Below are positions 62,959 through 64,000 of a DNA stretch of 64,000 bases, one piece after another; the first letter of the stretch is position 1; each line of letters begins with the position of its first letter. The translations under genes were made by a program, and so were the position numbers. Where the stretch lies: assembly GCF_031769215.1 (NCBI RefSeq), contig NW_026782104.1, forward strand, positions 1,240,001 to 1,304,000. The letters run 5' to 3'. The notes below the pieces were generated by a model. It saw only the letters and a program-made list of their open reading frames with translations. It made no database searches and had not been told where the DNA came from. Source of the DNA: Ylistrum balloti. Taxonomy: Eukaryota.

Positions 62959-63680
62959 CTTCTCTAAAATAAGCAAATGAAAATGGCTGGTCCAAACATT
63001 TCCTTCAGCAATTCAATTGCATGTTTCTAATATAATACTGATTCAGAAATGGAAACATGTTTTCCTGAGAAAAAAAATTAATATCCACTTAAAAAAGAGA
63101 ACTTAATTTCAATGATTGTCAAATATATATAAATCTTTCAGAAGGGGTACTGTCCATGTTTTTTAGAAATTCTTGAAAATAGAACATTTACGAAATCTAG
63201 AAAGGCTGGGCCTCCGTTACGTAATTAACATTCATTTATTTTCTGTTTTGCTGTTCCGACGTTGGGTCATGATGTAATTAGGAATTAATCGAAATTTCGA
63301 AAACGTAACATCTTAAATATTTTAAATCAGACCATGTTTGTTTAATAGTTAAGTCTACAACTATAAAGTATACAAAACAACACTTCTCTAAAATAAGCAA
63401 ATGGAAATGGCTGGTCAATGGCTTTAGCAATTCAATCGCAGTTTTCTAACGTAATCCTGATTCTGAAATGGACATATTTCTCCTGTGGAAGTAAATAAAT
63501 AGCCCCTTAAATACGGACATCTGACTTCACTGGTTGTCATATACACATAAATCATTCAGGAGAGGTACAGTTCAAATTCTTTAGAAAATCCTAAAAAAAT
63601 ATAAACCACATTTAGGAAGTCTGGAAAGAAAGAACATCAATTTAGTAATTCAAATTCATTTACTGTCAGCTTTGTTTCCC
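62959..63680. repeat. Diverged ~290-bp tandem duplication (period 424 bp)
   Basis: CTTCTCTAAAATAAGCAAATG.AAATGGCTGGTC at 62959 and 63383, with continued similarity downstream. Confidence 0.8.
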
Positions 63681-64000
63681 CATAAATGTTATTAACACAT
63701 TTTTTTGCTTAACAATTAAATTATCAAGTTTATGTTTTGATAATTGACTACATGCGCGGTACATAATAATGCTATTTTGGGGCAAAGGTTTTAAATCCAA
63801 ATGCAGATATATCCCCAACGAGAATTCAGAAGGCTCAAGTAAATGTAGAGGTATTTTTCAACAATTGCCTGGTACATTGTGGCCTACCCAAGCGGATATA
63901 CACCGTCCAATGTCAAAACTTTGGGGGTCACTGCATTCGAATGGAATCATAAGATTGCTGATAAGAAGGAGGAGTGTCCTTACAGAGTTATAGCACAATC

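Overview
AT-rich eukaryotic genomic DNA, probably from a marine invertebrate such as a bivalve mollusc (inferred from spliceosomal introns, repeat families and gene content). The supplied ORF track is mostly spurious. By hand I assembled three spliced genes whose exons are fully frame-consistent: (1) a universal stress protein (USP-A family) gene on the minus strand, 4 coding exons, 162 aa, with a 19.8-kb first intron; (2) an unrecognised 15-exon gene on the plus strand, 740 aa, with strictly alternating intron phases and an 18-aa acidic repeat; (3) a UCP-like SLC25 mitochondrial carrier on the minus strand, 6 coding exons, 304 aa. The rest contains degenerate Penelope-like retroelement pieces, a LINE RT relic, tRNA-derived SINEs and many minisatellites. 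The main unexplained signal is a dispersed family of non-coding elements carrying minimal hammerhead ribozymes. The 45-nt monomer consensus is CATCA-CTGA[C/T]GA-GTCC-T[A/G]GAA-GGAC-GAA-ACAGCTGT-A-TGATG-TAG, with a palindromic helix III. I find 17 recognisable monomers at 8 loci, as singles and as head-to-tail arrays of 3, 3 and 6 units. A ninth locus is a decayed copy re-amplified as a near-perfect 7 x 83-bp satellite. Minimal dimer-acting hammerheads associated with Penelope-like elements are an established class; whether this particular family has been described cannot be judged without database searches. All coordinates were counted by hand, and repeat edges are approximate.
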